Assembly: GCA_964612745.1 (NCBI GenBank)
Contig: CAZTCH010000004.1
Location: forward strand, 29,382 to 93,381
Direction: 5' to 3'
DNA from: an uncultured Candidatus Saccharibacteria bacterium
GTDB lineage: Bacteria > Patescibacteriota > Doudnabacteria > UBA920
DNA length: 64,000 bases
Positions within the stretch are counted from its first letter, which is position 1. The number at the start of each line of letters is the position of its first letter. The notes below the pieces were generated by a model. That model saw only the letters and a list, made by a program, of their open reading frames with translations, had not been told where the DNA came from and did no database searches. Position numbers and translations under genes: made by a program. Below are positions 1 to 8,694 of this stretch, piece by piece.

Positions 1-247
1 CAGAAACATAATGACTCAACGCATACGCAATATACGCCGTGCGAAGCAAGTGCTCTGCAACAGACTGCTTCCCGCTACCTAAAAACCAAAGCCCGGACCG
101 AGGAGTCTGCGCTAAGATACCAACTTCGTACACAAAATTAGCTAGATCAGCTGGAGATTTGCGTTGTTTATTTGTTTTTTTCTTTATTGGCATAATCTCT
201 TGCGCACAGCAATCCAATAGAGCTTATCACTGAGGTTTTCTTCTTGT

Positions 248-321
248 GGTCGGGCTGCTGGGAATCGAACCCAGTCTATCTGGACCCAAACCAGACGTAC
301 TACCGGTATACTACAGCCCGC
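248..321 (-). tRNA. tRNA-Pro (anticodon UGG)
   Basis: Minus-strand cloverleaf read by eye: acceptor CGGGCUG/CAGCCCG, T-arm GGTTCGATTCC, anticodon loop UUUGGGU, 3' CCA encoded. Not confirmed with tRNAscan. Confidence 0.6.
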
Positions 322-449
322 CCACAAACAGAAAACAAATAACTGACTTAGTATACCTGAATTACAAAAACTGCGCCAGACCGTGCCAAGCCAGCAGCAT
401 ACCGCCGTAATTAACCGAACCCACTGAACACTTGTAGTACAATATAGTT

Positions 450-1118
450 ATGATTTCGAAACGACTCAAGGCACAGGCCACTGCTCTCAGAGACCTTGGC
501 CATTCATATAAATATATCGAAAAAGAATTAGGGATTAATCGGAGCACTCTCAGTGGTTGGTTCAAATGGCGACCATTTTCGCCGAATCAACACACCCTAG
601 ATAAAATAAAAAATGGTCCAAAAGTATCCGCCGCAAAACGAACCCGTGAGCGCTTAGAAAGAACAAGCTCTGCCAGACAGGATGCCAAAATACTACTAGG
701 TACACTGTCTCCGCGAGACATTCTATTGCTTGGCATTGGGTTGTATATGGGCGAAGGTTCTAAAAGTGGCGACATTGTACGCTTTTCAAACTCCGACCCC
801 CGTATGGTTCGTCTCTTTATTTATTGGTCTAAGCAAGCATTACAAGTAACTAATGTACACCTTCGCCTCAGGGTTCACTCATACCCTGATTTAAATACTG
901 CGGAAATAGAAAAATACTGGCTACAACAAACAGGGCTCCCAAAGTCATGTCTCACCAAAACCTTAATCGATACTCGTCAAAAAACCAAGGAAAAAAGTGG
1001 TAAGTTGCCTTTTGGCACAGTTCATATTACCATTTGTGCAGCGGGTGACAGCCGATACGGCGTGCATCTTTTCCGATTTATCGAAGGATTGATGCTTGCC
1101 GCATATGATACAATATAA
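450..1118 (+). CDS. HTH-domain protein with a single LAGLIDADG-like motif (LLLGIGLYMGEGSKSGD). Possibly a free-standing homing-endonuclease-like gene wedged between tRNA-Pro and tRNA-Gly.
   Basis: 222-aa ORF; N-terminal helix-turn-helix (LRDLGHSYKYIEKELGINRSTLSGW); central LxGxxxGxGS block resembling the LAGLIDADG dodecapeptide; moderately AT-rich; stops 4 nt before tRNA-Gly. Confidence 0.45.
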   Translation: MISKRLKAQATALRDLGHSYKYIEKELGINRSTLSGWFKWRPFSPNQHTLDKIKNGPKVSAAKRTRERLERTSSARQDAKILLGTLSPRDILLLGIGLYMGEGSKSGDIVRFSNSDPRMVRLFIYWSKQALQVTNVHLRLRVHSYPDLNTAEIEKYWLQQTGLPKSCLTKTLIDTRQKTKEKSGKLPFGTVHITICAAGDSRYGVHLFRFIEGLMLAAYDTI

Positions 1119-1122
1119 GTCC

Positions 1123-1196
1123 GCGGGATTAGTATAATGGTAGTACGGGACCCTTCCAAGGTCTAGGCACGGGTTCGATTCCCGTATCCCGCTCCA
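1123..1196 (+). tRNA. tRNA-Gly (anticodon UCC)
   Basis: GCGGGAU...AUCCCGC acceptor, GGTTCGATTCC T-loop, anticodon loop CUUCCAA, CCA encoded. Confidence 0.75.
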
Positions 1197-1267
1197 GCCT
1201 TCGCCAAGGCTACGGCTGGCTTACGCCAATGTAGATTTAGCGAAGGTTGAGACCACAGTTATTGTAT

Positions 1268-1300
1268 TTACAAAAAAGCCCCTTCTGGGGGCTTTTTATT
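1268..1300. terminator. rho-independent terminator hairpin (AAAAGCCCC-TTCT-GGGGGCTTTTT), downstream of HU gene
   Basis: GC stem flanked by A- and T-runs on both strands, directly 3' of the minus-strand HU ORF. Confidence 0.6.
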
Positions 1301-1310
1301 TTGCACGCTT

Positions 1311-1631
1311 TTACACCGCAGGGGCATCTGTTGGAGGCACTGGTGCAGACTTGCGTAATTTAACTGCTGCCTTAAATGCTTCGCCAGCTTTAAACTTTGG
1401 CGTGTTGAGTTCAGGAATCTGAATCTTTTGACTTGGCTGCCGTGGATTAACTCCAATGCGCGGCGCGCGGTGCGACACGCTAAACTGACCAAAGCCAGAT
1501 ATGTTTACTTTTTCTCCACTGCGCAGTTGATCGTAGATAATAGTAATTAACGTATTCAACATACGCTCTGCTTCGCTGTGGGTAATAGATAGCCGTGCGG
1601 CTAAAATTTCAGTAAGTTCAAGTTTGTTCAT
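1311..1631 (-). CDS. hup: DNA-binding protein HU (histone-like)
   Basis: 106 aa; MNKLELTEILA...GFGQFSVSHRAPRIGVNPRQ...AGEAFKAAV is the HU/IHF signature with a beta-arm. Confidence 0.9.
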   Translation of the reverse strand: MNKLELTEILAARLSITHSEAERMLNTLITIIYDQLRSGEKVNISGFGQFSVSHRAPRIGVNPRQPSQKIQIPELNTPKFKAGEAFKAAVKLRKSAPVPPTDAPAV

Positions 1632-1794
1632 AGTTGGTCCTTTTTAAAAATGAGGACTAATTGAGCTACTAATAGTATAGCACAAATAAGCGGGAATTAT
1701 CGGAAAGAAAAAAGAAAGTCGAATGTCTTCACGTCGTAAAGTCTTCACGCCAGAATAGGAGTAAGACAAGATAACTCAAAAGTTTTGGTTTGAA

Positions 1795-1925
1795 ATTTCA
1801 AATAACAATAATCAAAACTCAAATAAACTCCAAGTTCCAATGCTCAGAGTAAGACCGTGTATTTGTTTGGTTATTTGATATTGGAATTTATTTGATATTT
1901 CGTGCTTGTTATTTGTGATTTTGCT
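1795..1925 (+). repeat. AT-rich ~130-bp repeated element, copy A (inverted relative to copy at 3263-3395)
   Basis: Sub-blocks AAATAACAATAATCAAAACTCAAATAAACTCC and GTGTATTTGTTTGGTTATTTGATATTGGAATTTATTTGATATTTCGTGCTTGTTATTTG are about 90% identical to the reverse complement of 3263-3395. Confidence 0.7.
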
Positions 1926-1962
1926 TGTTTTTCTTGTGCTTGTTATTTGGCATTTCCCAAAA

Positions 1963-1998
1963 CAAAGGTCACCTTCGTACTGTACGAAGGTGACCTTT
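1963..1998. terminator. strong palindromic terminator (AAAGGTCACCTTCGTAC-TG-TACGAAGGTGACCTTTGTTTTTT)
   Basis: 16-bp perfect stem with T-runs on both strands; lies 3' of nusB. Confidence 0.75.
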
Positions 1999-2012
1999 GT
2001 TTTTTCCTATTC

Positions 2013-2067
2013 CCTACCCTTCGGCCGTGAGCTCAGGGTCGAACGAAAACCTAACTCCTAATTCCTA
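2013..2067 (-). repeat. conserved 55-nt 3'-UTR element (copy 1; second copy 49641-49695)
   Basis: CCTACCCTTCGGCCGTGAGCTCAGGGTCGAACGA(A/C)AACCTAACTCCTAATTCCTA, 54/55 identical to 49641-49695. Both copies sit between a minus-strand stop codon (nusB here, uvrA there) and a terminator hairpin. Confidence 0.7.
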
Positions 2068-2496
2068 TTTGGTTTGTTTTTCTTCTGTGTGGGAATTTTT
2101 GTACAGCGTACCAAGTACACCATTTACAAACTTACCACTCGCATCTCCACCAAAAGTTTTTGCCAACTCCACTGCTTCATTAATCGCTACTTTGGGTGGC
2201 ACTTGCTTTAAAAACTGCAACTCGTAAATGCCTAAGCGCAACACACTTCTGTCTACTGCCCCAATCTGGTCCACTGGCCACTCTGGCGCGGTTTCGGCAA
2301 GTACAGTGTCTATCTCTCCCAAATGTGCTACCACACCAGTTAACAGCTCACGAGCAAAAGCGTGGTCATCCATCCCTGGCGCTTGCTGCTCCAGATTGAG
2401 TGCCAAGATTTCGTCTACATTTTGTTTCTGACCGTTGAAGTCCCACTCAAAAAGGGTTTGCATAACAACGGCCCTGCTCAAATGTCTGTTTGCCAT
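2065..2496 (-). CDS. nusB: transcription antitermination factor NusB
   Basis: 143 aa; ...[13 protein letters not shown]...[17 protein letters not shown]... is a typical NusB. Confidence 0.9.
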   Translation of the reverse strand: MANRHLSRAVVMQTLFEWDFNGQKQNVDEILALNLEQQAPGMDDHAFARELLTGVVAHLGEIDTVLAETAPEWPVDQIGAVDRSVLRLGIYELQFLKQVPPKVAINEAVELAKTFGGDASGKFVNGVLGTLYKNSHTEEKQTK

Positions 2497-2588
2497 ATAA
2501 AAAAGCTAATCAGCTTTTTAGCTAACTAGCTTTTTAGCAAGTCACTTCTCACACAAGCTAAAGCAGCTAAGTAGCTAACAGCGCTGGG

Positions 2589-2759
2589 TTATTTAGTGAC
2601 TTTACGACCTTTGTAGTATCCGCAATTTGGACACGGCAAATGAGGCTTGGTTGGCTGACCACAGTTCTTACAGGTTGCAACTTGAATAGGCTTGAGCGCG
2701 TGGTGGCTTCGGCGTTGGTTACGACCAGAACGGGTCTTGTGTTTCTTTGGGACACCCAT
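2589..2759 (-). CDS. rpmF: 50S ribosomal protein L32
   Basis: Hand-translated 56-aa ORF MGVPKKHKTRSGRNQRRSHHALKPIQVATCKNCGQPTKPHLPCPNCGYYKGRKVTK (CxxC...CxxC zinc ribbon). It is below the ORF-track cutoff, and the track ORF 2567..2755 is a different frame. Confidence 0.85.
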   Translation of the reverse strand: MGVPKKHKTRSGRNQRRSHHALKPIQVATCKNCGQPTKPHLPCPNCGYYKGRKVTK

Positions 2760-2880
2760 AGGTTTAAAAATTCAAATTACAAATATCAAAATCCGTAAAG
2801 GAAAGCGAAACTAGAGGAATTATAAGGAAAAAATTCATTTTGGTCAAATCTGAGCCGACAGCATCCATAGACCTGCCTTT

Positions 2881-2942
2881 ATCCGTAGGCATCCGTAGAT
2901 TCGTAGGTATCCGTAGATCTGTATGTATCCGTAGATCTGTAG
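2881..2942. repeat. tandem ATCCGTAG/ATCTGTAT heptamer-family array (includes 18-mer GTATCCGTAGATCTGTAT x2)
   Basis: Direct visual repeat lying upstream of rpmF. The same heptamer family recurs at 5180-5280, 5631-5695 and 48947-48985. Confidence 0.7.
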
Positions 2943-3262
2943 AGCAGCCACCCAGCCTTCGCATAAAGCTACGGCGGGTTGTTTAACTATGTATTTTCAA
3001 GGGTAAACAAAAAAGCCACGAGCACAGAACCTAGAGCGCCATGTAAAATTACGCTGGTTTGTCGTGACTTTTATAGCGCCCCCAATCCGTGCGATACGGA
3101 ATCAGGAGCATGAAATCTGGCTCTAAGCCAAATAAAAAACCGTAGAATACGGGTGTTTTTAGTTTTTGCGGGTGTTTGTATGTAGACGTATAGTACCTGC
3201 TTGTTGCGGATTTGTCAAGACTCTTGGATAAACCGAAAAAGAACGCATAGATAAGGGAAAAT

Positions 3263-3395
3263 TCCAAATAACAAGCATCAAATATCAAATAAATTCCAAT
3301 ATCAAATAACAAAACGAATACACTTTCTTATTTCGGATATTGTCTATTGGAGCTTATTTGAGTTTTGGATTTTGTTGTTTGTTATTTAAAAAGCC
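3263..3395 (-). repeat. AT-rich ~130-bp repeated element, copy B (inverted vs 1795-1925)
   Basis: See copy A; for example, the reverse complement of 3263-3323 is GTGTATTCGTTTTGTTATTTGATATTGGAATTTATTTGATATTTGATGCTTGTTATTTGGA. Confidence 0.7.
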
Positions 3396-3418
3396 GGAGC
3401 TCTCGCCCCGGCTTTTGC
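3388..3418 (-). terminator. terminator hairpin 3' of groEL (GCCGGAGCTCTCGCCCCGGC + T-run)
   Basis: GC-rich hairpin between A- and T-runs, directly downstream of the groEL stop. A partial copy of the CCTAACTCCTAATTCCT motif follows at 3421-3458. Confidence 0.55.
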
Positions 3419-3459
3419 CCCCCCCTACTTACCTACAACCTAACTCCTAATTCCTGCCT

Positions 3460-5175
3460 CTAGTACATTCCGCCCATGCCGCCCATTCCTCCCATACCAC
3501 CCATAGGTGCTGCCGGTGCATCTGACTTTGGCTCAGGTTTATCTGCAATAATTGTATCTGTTGTGATTAGTGTAGAAGCAATAGAAACAGCGTTTTCTAA
3601 GGCAAGCCTGGTCACTTTTAATGGATCCAAAATCCCCGCTTTTACCAAATCTTTAATACCTGCTTCTCCCCCACCAATATAGCTAAAATCATATCCGAAA
3701 TGTTCAACCTTCGAACCTTCTGCTTCTGCCTTCTTTGGAGCAAGGTGTTTTATGTCAGACGCCAAGTCAGCGGACAGCCCCGAGTTTTCAGCCATTTGTA
3801 GGAACGGTGCGCTCAGAGATTTAGCAACAGCATTAATACCTGCCACCTCAGCTGCGTTAACCGCGCCTGATTTAATCAATTCATCACGATGCACAGCCAA
3901 CTTTGCTTCCATATGCAGCAGTGCGGCACCACCACCGGCAACAATACCTTCTTCTACCGCTGCTTTGGTCGCATTGAGCGCATCTTCTATCTTGAATTTC
4001 TTGGCTTTCATCTCGGTTTCGGTAAATGCGCCTACCTTGATAACGCCAACCCCACCAGACAAGCGTGCGATTCGTTCTTGCAACTTCTCTTTGTCATATT
4101 CACTGTTCGAGTTTTTGTACTCATTGCGAATTTGGTTTACACGGTTTTCCAAAGCAGTTTTTTCGCCTTGTCCGTCTATGATGGTTGTAAACTCTTTGGT
4201 AGCAATAACTTTGCGGGCACGACCAAGCTGTGTTAGTTCTGTTTTGTCGAGCTTGAATCCAAGGTCTTCGGTAATTACTTGTCCACCGGTTAGCACAGCA
4301 ATGTCCAACAACATTTCTTTGCGGCGGTCACCAAATCCTGGTGCCTTCACTGCCAAAATGTTAAATGTACCGCGAAGCTTGTTTAGCACAAACGTTGCCA
4401 AAGCTTCCCCTTCGACGTCATCAGCAATAATTACCAAATCTTTTTTCCCACTCTGCGCTACTTTTTCTAACAACGGCAACACATCTTGCACACTGGAAAT
4501 CTTTTTGTCGGTAATTAAAATGTATGGATCATCCCACACCGCCTCCATGCGTTCGGAGTTGCTTACCATGTAGGCAGACACAAACCCTTTGTCGAAGCGC
4601 ATGCCTTTTACCACTTCGTGCTCGAGCCCAACTTTTTGCCCTTCTTCTACGGTAATAACGCCATCTTTACCTACTTCGTCCATGACTTGCGCAATCAACT
4701 TACCCACTTCTGGGTCAAGGGAAGAGATAGTAGCTACTTGCTCTATTTCTTCTTTCGTCTTTATTTCTTGCTTCACTTTGGAAAGCTCTTCTACTACAAA
4801 GCGCACCGCAGCGTCCATCCCACGCTTAATACTGTTTGCATGTGCAGGAGCAATGGCTGCTGCTTCAAACCCTTGCTCAATCATTTTTTGTGCCAACACA
4901 GTTGCGGTAGTTGTACCGTCCCCTGCAATTTCGTTTGTCTTGTTGGCGACTTCTTGAATGAGTGATGCACCAATGTTTTCGAACTTGTCTTCGAGATCAA
5001 TTTCTTTTGCAACCGTGACCCCGTCGTCGCTAATGATTGGGCTGCCAAAACCTTTGTCGATAATAACTGGCTTCCCTGTTGGACCAAGTGTTACTTTGAC
5101 TGCATCTGCTGCAATATTTACACCATTCATGATTGCCATCTTGGCGGCAAATCCTTTTTTTATAAGTTTAGACAT
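3460..5175 (-). CDS. groL: chaperonin GroEL (Hsp60)
   Basis: 571 aa; [11 protein letters not shown]...[11 protein letters not shown]...C-terminal GGM repeat ([14 protein letters not shown]). Confidence 0.97.
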   Translation of the reverse strand: MSKLIKKGFAAKMAIMNGVNIAADAVKVTLGPTGKPVIIDKGFGSPIISDDGVTVAKEIDLEDKFENIGASLIQEVANKTNEIAGDGTTTATVLAQKMIEQGFEAAAIAPAHANSIKRGMDAAVRFVVEELSKVKQEIKTKEEIEQVATISSLDPEVGKLIAQVMDEVGKDGVITVEEGQKVGLEHEVVKGMRFDKGFVSAYMVSNSERMEAVWDDPYILITDKKISSVQDVLPLLEKVAQSGKKDLVIIADDVEGEALATFVLNKLRGTFNILAVKAPGFGDRRKEMLLDIAVLTGGQVITEDLGFKLDKTELTQLGRARKVIATKEFTTIIDGQGEKTALENRVNQIRNEYKNSNSEYDKEKLQERIARLSGGVGVIKVGAFTETEMKAKKFKIEDALNATKAAVEEGIVAGGGAALLHMEAKLAVHRDELIKSGAVNAAEVAGINAVAKSLSAPFLQMAENSGLSADLASDIKHLAPKKAEAEGSKVEHFGYDFSYIGGGEAGIKDLVKAGILDPLKVTRLALENAVSIASTLITTDTIIADKPEPKSDAPAAPMGGMGGMGGMGGMY

Positions 5176-5288
5176 ATTTCACGGATTACGGATTTCACGG
5201 ATAACACAGATCCCTTGCAAGACGTTTCGAAGAAGGAGAAACAATCTGCGGAATCCGTGATATCAGTGTATCTGTGGTTTAATTATAT

Positions 5289-5594
5289 TTATTCAATAAC
5301 AGCCAGGACGTCTGACTCGTCTTTTTCGTGACCAACGTAGAGCACTTTGTACTCAACTTTTGTACCGTCTTCGTCTACTTCTACTTCGTCACCACTGTAC
5401 TTACCAAACACGACTTCGTCACCAATTTTTAAACCAAGTTTGGTAATTTCTTCTCCGGTGCCTACGGCAACAATCTTGCCACGAGCTTTCTTTTCCTTTT
5501 CAGCTGTCGCAGCGAGTACAATGCCGCTCTTTGTTACTTCCTCTTCTTTAATCGGAGCAACTAATATACGATTGCCAATTGGTTTTACTTGCAT
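5289..5594 (-). CDS. groS: co-chaperonin GroES (Hsp10)
   Basis: 101 aa; MQVKPIGNRILV...IVLAATAEKEKKARGKIVAVG; directly upstream of groEL on the same strand. Confidence 0.95.
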   Translation of the reverse strand: MQVKPIGNRILVAPIKEEEVTKSGIVLAATAEKEKKARGKIVAVGTGEEITKLGLKIGDEVVFGKYSGDEVEVDEDGTKVEYKVLYVGHEKDESDVLAVIE

Positions 5595-5731
5595 ACATTA
5601 CCCCTAATGCAGATATACAGATTGATGCTGATCTACGGATTCCTACGGATTCTAAAATCTGTAGTCATCTGTATATCTGCATGGATCTGTAAATCGGCGT
5701 TACTTTAAAAAGGCTACACAGTGACATGAAA

Positions 5732-5758
5732 TTATCACTCTCTAGCACTGACTGATAA
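5732..5758. promoter_or_regulatory. degenerate CIRCE-like operator (TTATCACTC-N9-GACTGATAA) upstream of groES
   Basis: The left half equals the left half of the hrcA-proximal element at 46179-46205; the right half matches in 7 of 9 positions. The canonical CIRCE is TTAGCACTC-N9-GAGTGCTAA. Confidence 0.35.
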
Positions 5759-6089
5759 TAGTGTAGCAAAGCCCTAGCCCCTGTCAACGTTGACAAACCA
5801 CATCCATTTTTGCGCAGTTAAAAGTCCCAACACCTGCTCTGGAGCTTGCCGAAAAACCCTGCAAAACCACTGTCCCAACCCCCTATTTACCGTACAAATA
5901 TAACCCATAAGTAAATTGACAAAACATACTAAATATGGTAAAATACCAAAGTTTTCTGGATACCGCGTTAAACAACAGCTTTACGCGTCCATGATTGTGC
6001 ATACTCACCCATACACAGCCATGGCCCTGTAAATCGTTACAGCGCGCCAGACCCACATCAGAAGGAAAACAAAAGGAGCAAAGAAATTT

Positions 6090-6281
6090 ATGTTTGATTT
6101 ACCACCAGTCGTGTACATAGCTATCGGAATAGCTGGGTTTGTTTGCGTTTGGTATTTCACACAAGTCAAATTAACCTGCCAAGAGTGCGGCGCTTCCACA
6201 CGCCCTCAAAAAGAAAAAATAGCCGGCGTTGCCTACAACTACTGCCGGAACTGCGGTAATTGTCTTGGCAAAGCCGCTTAA
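6090..6281 (+). CDS. hypothetical small membrane protein with a CxxC...CxxC zinc ribbon
   Basis: 63 aa; AGGAG Shine-Dalgarno 8 nt upstream; one TM helix followed by CQECG...CRNCGNC. Confidence 0.45.
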   Translation: MFDLPPVVYIAIGIAGFVCVWYFTQVKLTCQECGASTRPQKEKIAGVAYNYCRNCGNCLGKAA

Positions 6282-6398
6282 ACAGCGATAAAGTCCCACT
6301 CGAATGACGATAAGGGGAACAACCCCGAAAACGTCATACCGAGACAATGGGAAAAGAAAAACTAGCGGTCTTAACACCGCAAAAATCAGGAGGAACCC

Positions 6399-6782
6399 TT
6401 GAGACGTATTTTATCAATTGCCGTTTTAACTGGCTGTATTTGGTTTATTGCAAACCAAGCTGCGAAGCAGACGCCGCCGGAAGAGGTTGAAGACTCACCG
6501 ATTGTGGGCGTTTATCCCGTTGGCGAATGGCTGCCCTTGCAGCCATTTGACCCAGCAAACGGCGGCGCTTGCGCGAACAACTACATCGTTGTCAGCCGTG
6601 GCACTATCACTGGTGCCCACAGCAAGTACAAACAGTTATTCTCGCTAGAAATCGCTGATGGCGAAATCACCGCGGGCAACAGCAGGCAGATTTACTTCTT
6701 TTTGCCGGACAAAAACGGCAGGAGAAAATTTAAGATGCAGCTCACAGCTGCGGAGATGAAGTGTCTCCCAGCTAAGCAGTAA
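6399..6782 (+). CDS. hypothetical secreted/lipoprotein-like protein (TTG start)
   Basis: 127 aa; AGGAGG Shine-Dalgarno 7 nt before the TTG start; N-terminal signal-like segment SIAVLTGC. Confidence 0.5.
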   Translation: MRRILSIAVLTGCIWFIANQAAKQTPPEEVEDSPIVGVYPVGEWLPLQPFDPANGGACANNYIVVSRGTITGAHSKYKQLFSLEIADGEITAGNSRQIYFFLPDKNGRRKFKMQLTAAEMKCLPAKQ

Positions 6783-6860
6783 CAGTTTCAAAACCCCGAG
6801 GCAGAAACGCACATATGTGTCGTTTCTGCCTCTTTTCATTTTTGCGATATACTATAAGAT

Positions 6861-7628
6861 ATGAACCATGCATATAACTCAGATGCAGCAAGCCGTGCGT
6901 ACCAAGACTTTCTAGCCTCGGAAGACGGGAAACTTTTCCGTCAAATACTGGGAAGAGAGTTTACCCGAGCACTCCTTGCAAACCAGTCTACACACACAGA
7001 TTCCACTTCTACAATTCTGGATGCTGGGTGTGGAGATGGCTGGCTGGCAGGGCTTTTGTCCGAGCAGTTTCCAAGTGCGACAATCCATGCGTGCGATGCA
7101 GGAGAACCACTTATTACCACAGCAAAGGGCGCATACCCACAAGTACAGTTTTCTGTGTGCGATTTAAATCAACCTCTCCCCTACGAGAACAACATGTTCG
7201 ATGTAGCCTGTGCTTCCATGGTACTGCACGACGTAAGTGACGAAGCTGCAACACTGACCAATATAGCTCATACACTCAAGCCAAACGGCACACTATACGC
7301 CAGTATAGTAAACCCTTACTACGGCTACCCCGTGGGTGAATGGAAACGTGGTATTGTAGGCAGACTACTCGGACAAAAACCCAAGCTCAGGCTCGCCCGC
7401 GCGTACAACGTACTGGCGCGCGAAGCTAGACCAAATTTTGAGTGGCGTGAGCATTTGGGCTCCCACTTTACTCCGCTTGCAGCACACATGGCCGCTGCGC
7501 GTTCTGCTGGACTTGTGGTAAGCAATATTACCGACATTACCAGCACCGCAGACAGCGATACCTACAACCTCACGTACCAACTGCACAGATTTCCAATAAT
7601 TTTACTGCTAGAATTCAAGAAAAAATAA
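6861..7628 (+). CDS. class I SAM-dependent methyltransferase
   Basis: 255 aa; motif I ILDAGCGDGW; acidic motif II (VCDLNQ); MFDVACASMVLHDV. Confidence 0.8.
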   Translation: MNHAYNSDAASRAYQDFLASEDGKLFRQILGREFTRALLANQSTHTDSTSTILDAGCGDGWLAGLLSEQFPSATIHACDAGEPLITTAKGAYPQVQFSVCDLNQPLPYENNMFDVACASMVLHDVSDEAATLTNIAHTLKPNGTLYASIVNPYYGYPVGEWKRGIVGRLLGQKPKLRLARAYNVLAREARPNFEWREHLGSHFTPLAAHMAAARSAGLVVSNITDITSTADSDTYNLTYQLHRFPIILLLEFKKK

Positions 7629-7747
7629 TAGATACCAATATACAAATTGGTACTAATGAAACCAATACATACTAATGTGGTAGATAGCATTCGTACTCAT
7701 TCGTAACATGTGTACTCATTCGTATATTGGTATCTTATATTAGCGTT

Positions 7748-8665
7748 CTATTTAAACGCTTCTAATATCGCATCCTGCTTGCTTTTAGGGTGAAACGAAA
7801 GCTCATCTTGCGTCACAATAATATGCCGCTCGTCTTTATGAATGCGCTTGCTTTGCCAGCCACCCAACCATGCTTCGAGGTGAGCACCACCCATGTACGC
7901 TATAACTTTTTCTACTACGGCTTGTACACCACGATTTTTAGGCACGTGCAAAACTGGAAATTGCACATTGGGGAAAAACGCTTGCAACCATTCCCTGTTC
8001 ACATTTTGAAACTGGCGGATGTACACTTCTCCAAATAACGGTCGCAACTTGCAATACTCAGAAGCGGTGTACCAATTACGCCCCTCTTGCATGTGCTTGG
8101 TCCCTGCAAGGTAATGGTTCAAACAAACTCTGCGAGCAATTTTGTTCCCGTACCGCCGAATACCCAAAAAATGGAAAAATGCAGTTACTAACGTACGGGG
8201 TAGCCACAGCCACCGCGGATCAGTTATAACAAACAAATCAATATCGCTCCCTGCTTTGACCACACCGAGCGCTTGGCTTCCCGCAAGACCTGCAGCCCGC
8301 ACAAAAGGAATGACTGCACAAATAGACACGAACCAGCGGATGCGCTTTTCCCGCCAGACGCCTTGCTGGTAACCCTTCCACCGCGCAAGCAGTATGCCTT
8401 GGTTGGCAGATAGCGTGTAATAGCCATAGCGTGTGACAACCCTTCCAGATTCCACCAACTTGTCTAACACTGCCAAAACTTCTGCAAACTCCACCGTCCC
8501 AGACAGACCTTTCGGAATGTCTATAAGTTCTCCCCTTCCACCAACATGCGCATCTAGTACGTGTGGGTCCTGAACTAAATACCAAAACAACTCAAACTGA
8601 GTGAGCGCAGTACTTTGCAACGCAAAAAATGATAACGTTTTTTCTATTCGTTCTTCTACAGTCAT
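7748..8665 (-). CDS. nucleotidyltransferase-fold protein (Pol-beta/MNT-like GS...SDIDL motif) with an N-terminal helical/wH-like domain; function unknown
   Basis: 305 aa; AGLAGSQALGVVKAGSDIDLFVITD matches the hG[GS]x9-13[DE]h[DE]h NTase signature. Confidence 0.55.
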   Translation of the reverse strand: MTVEERIEKTLSFFALQSTALTQFELFWYLVQDPHVLDAHVGGRGELIDIPKGLSGTVEFAEVLAVLDKLVESGRVVTRYGYYTLSANQGILLARWKGYQQGVWREKRIRWFVSICAVIPFVRAAGLAGSQALGVVKAGSDIDLFVITDPRWLWLPRTLVTAFFHFLGIRRYGNKIARRVCLNHYLAGTKHMQEGRNWYTASEYCKLRPLFGEVYIRQFQNVNREWLQAFFPNVQFPVLHVPKNRGVQAVVEKVIAYMGGAHLEAWLGGWQSKRIHKDERHIIVTQDELSFHPKSKQDAILEAFK

Positions 8666-8694
8666 ATAAGCTTCAGCAACTACCTACACCGAAA

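Noticed and set aside
2567-2755. ORF-track 62-aa ORF on minus strand
   Set aside because: A different frame in the same interval encodes a textbook L32 (rpmF), so the track ORF is a frame artefact.
3476-4965. Several 68-273-aa plus-strand ORFs antisense to groEL, and similar antisense ORFs inside uvrA, dnaK, ftsZ and topA
   Set aside because: They are Ser/Ala/Thr-rich shadow ORFs typical of the antisense strand of GC-biased codons, and they have no SD.
6005-6377. Overlapping small ORFs (6005..6199 -, 6171..6377 -) in the groES upstream region
   Set aside because: They overlap the better-supported plus-strand 6090..6281 ORF, which has an AGGAG SD and a zinc ribbon, and they have no SD of their own.
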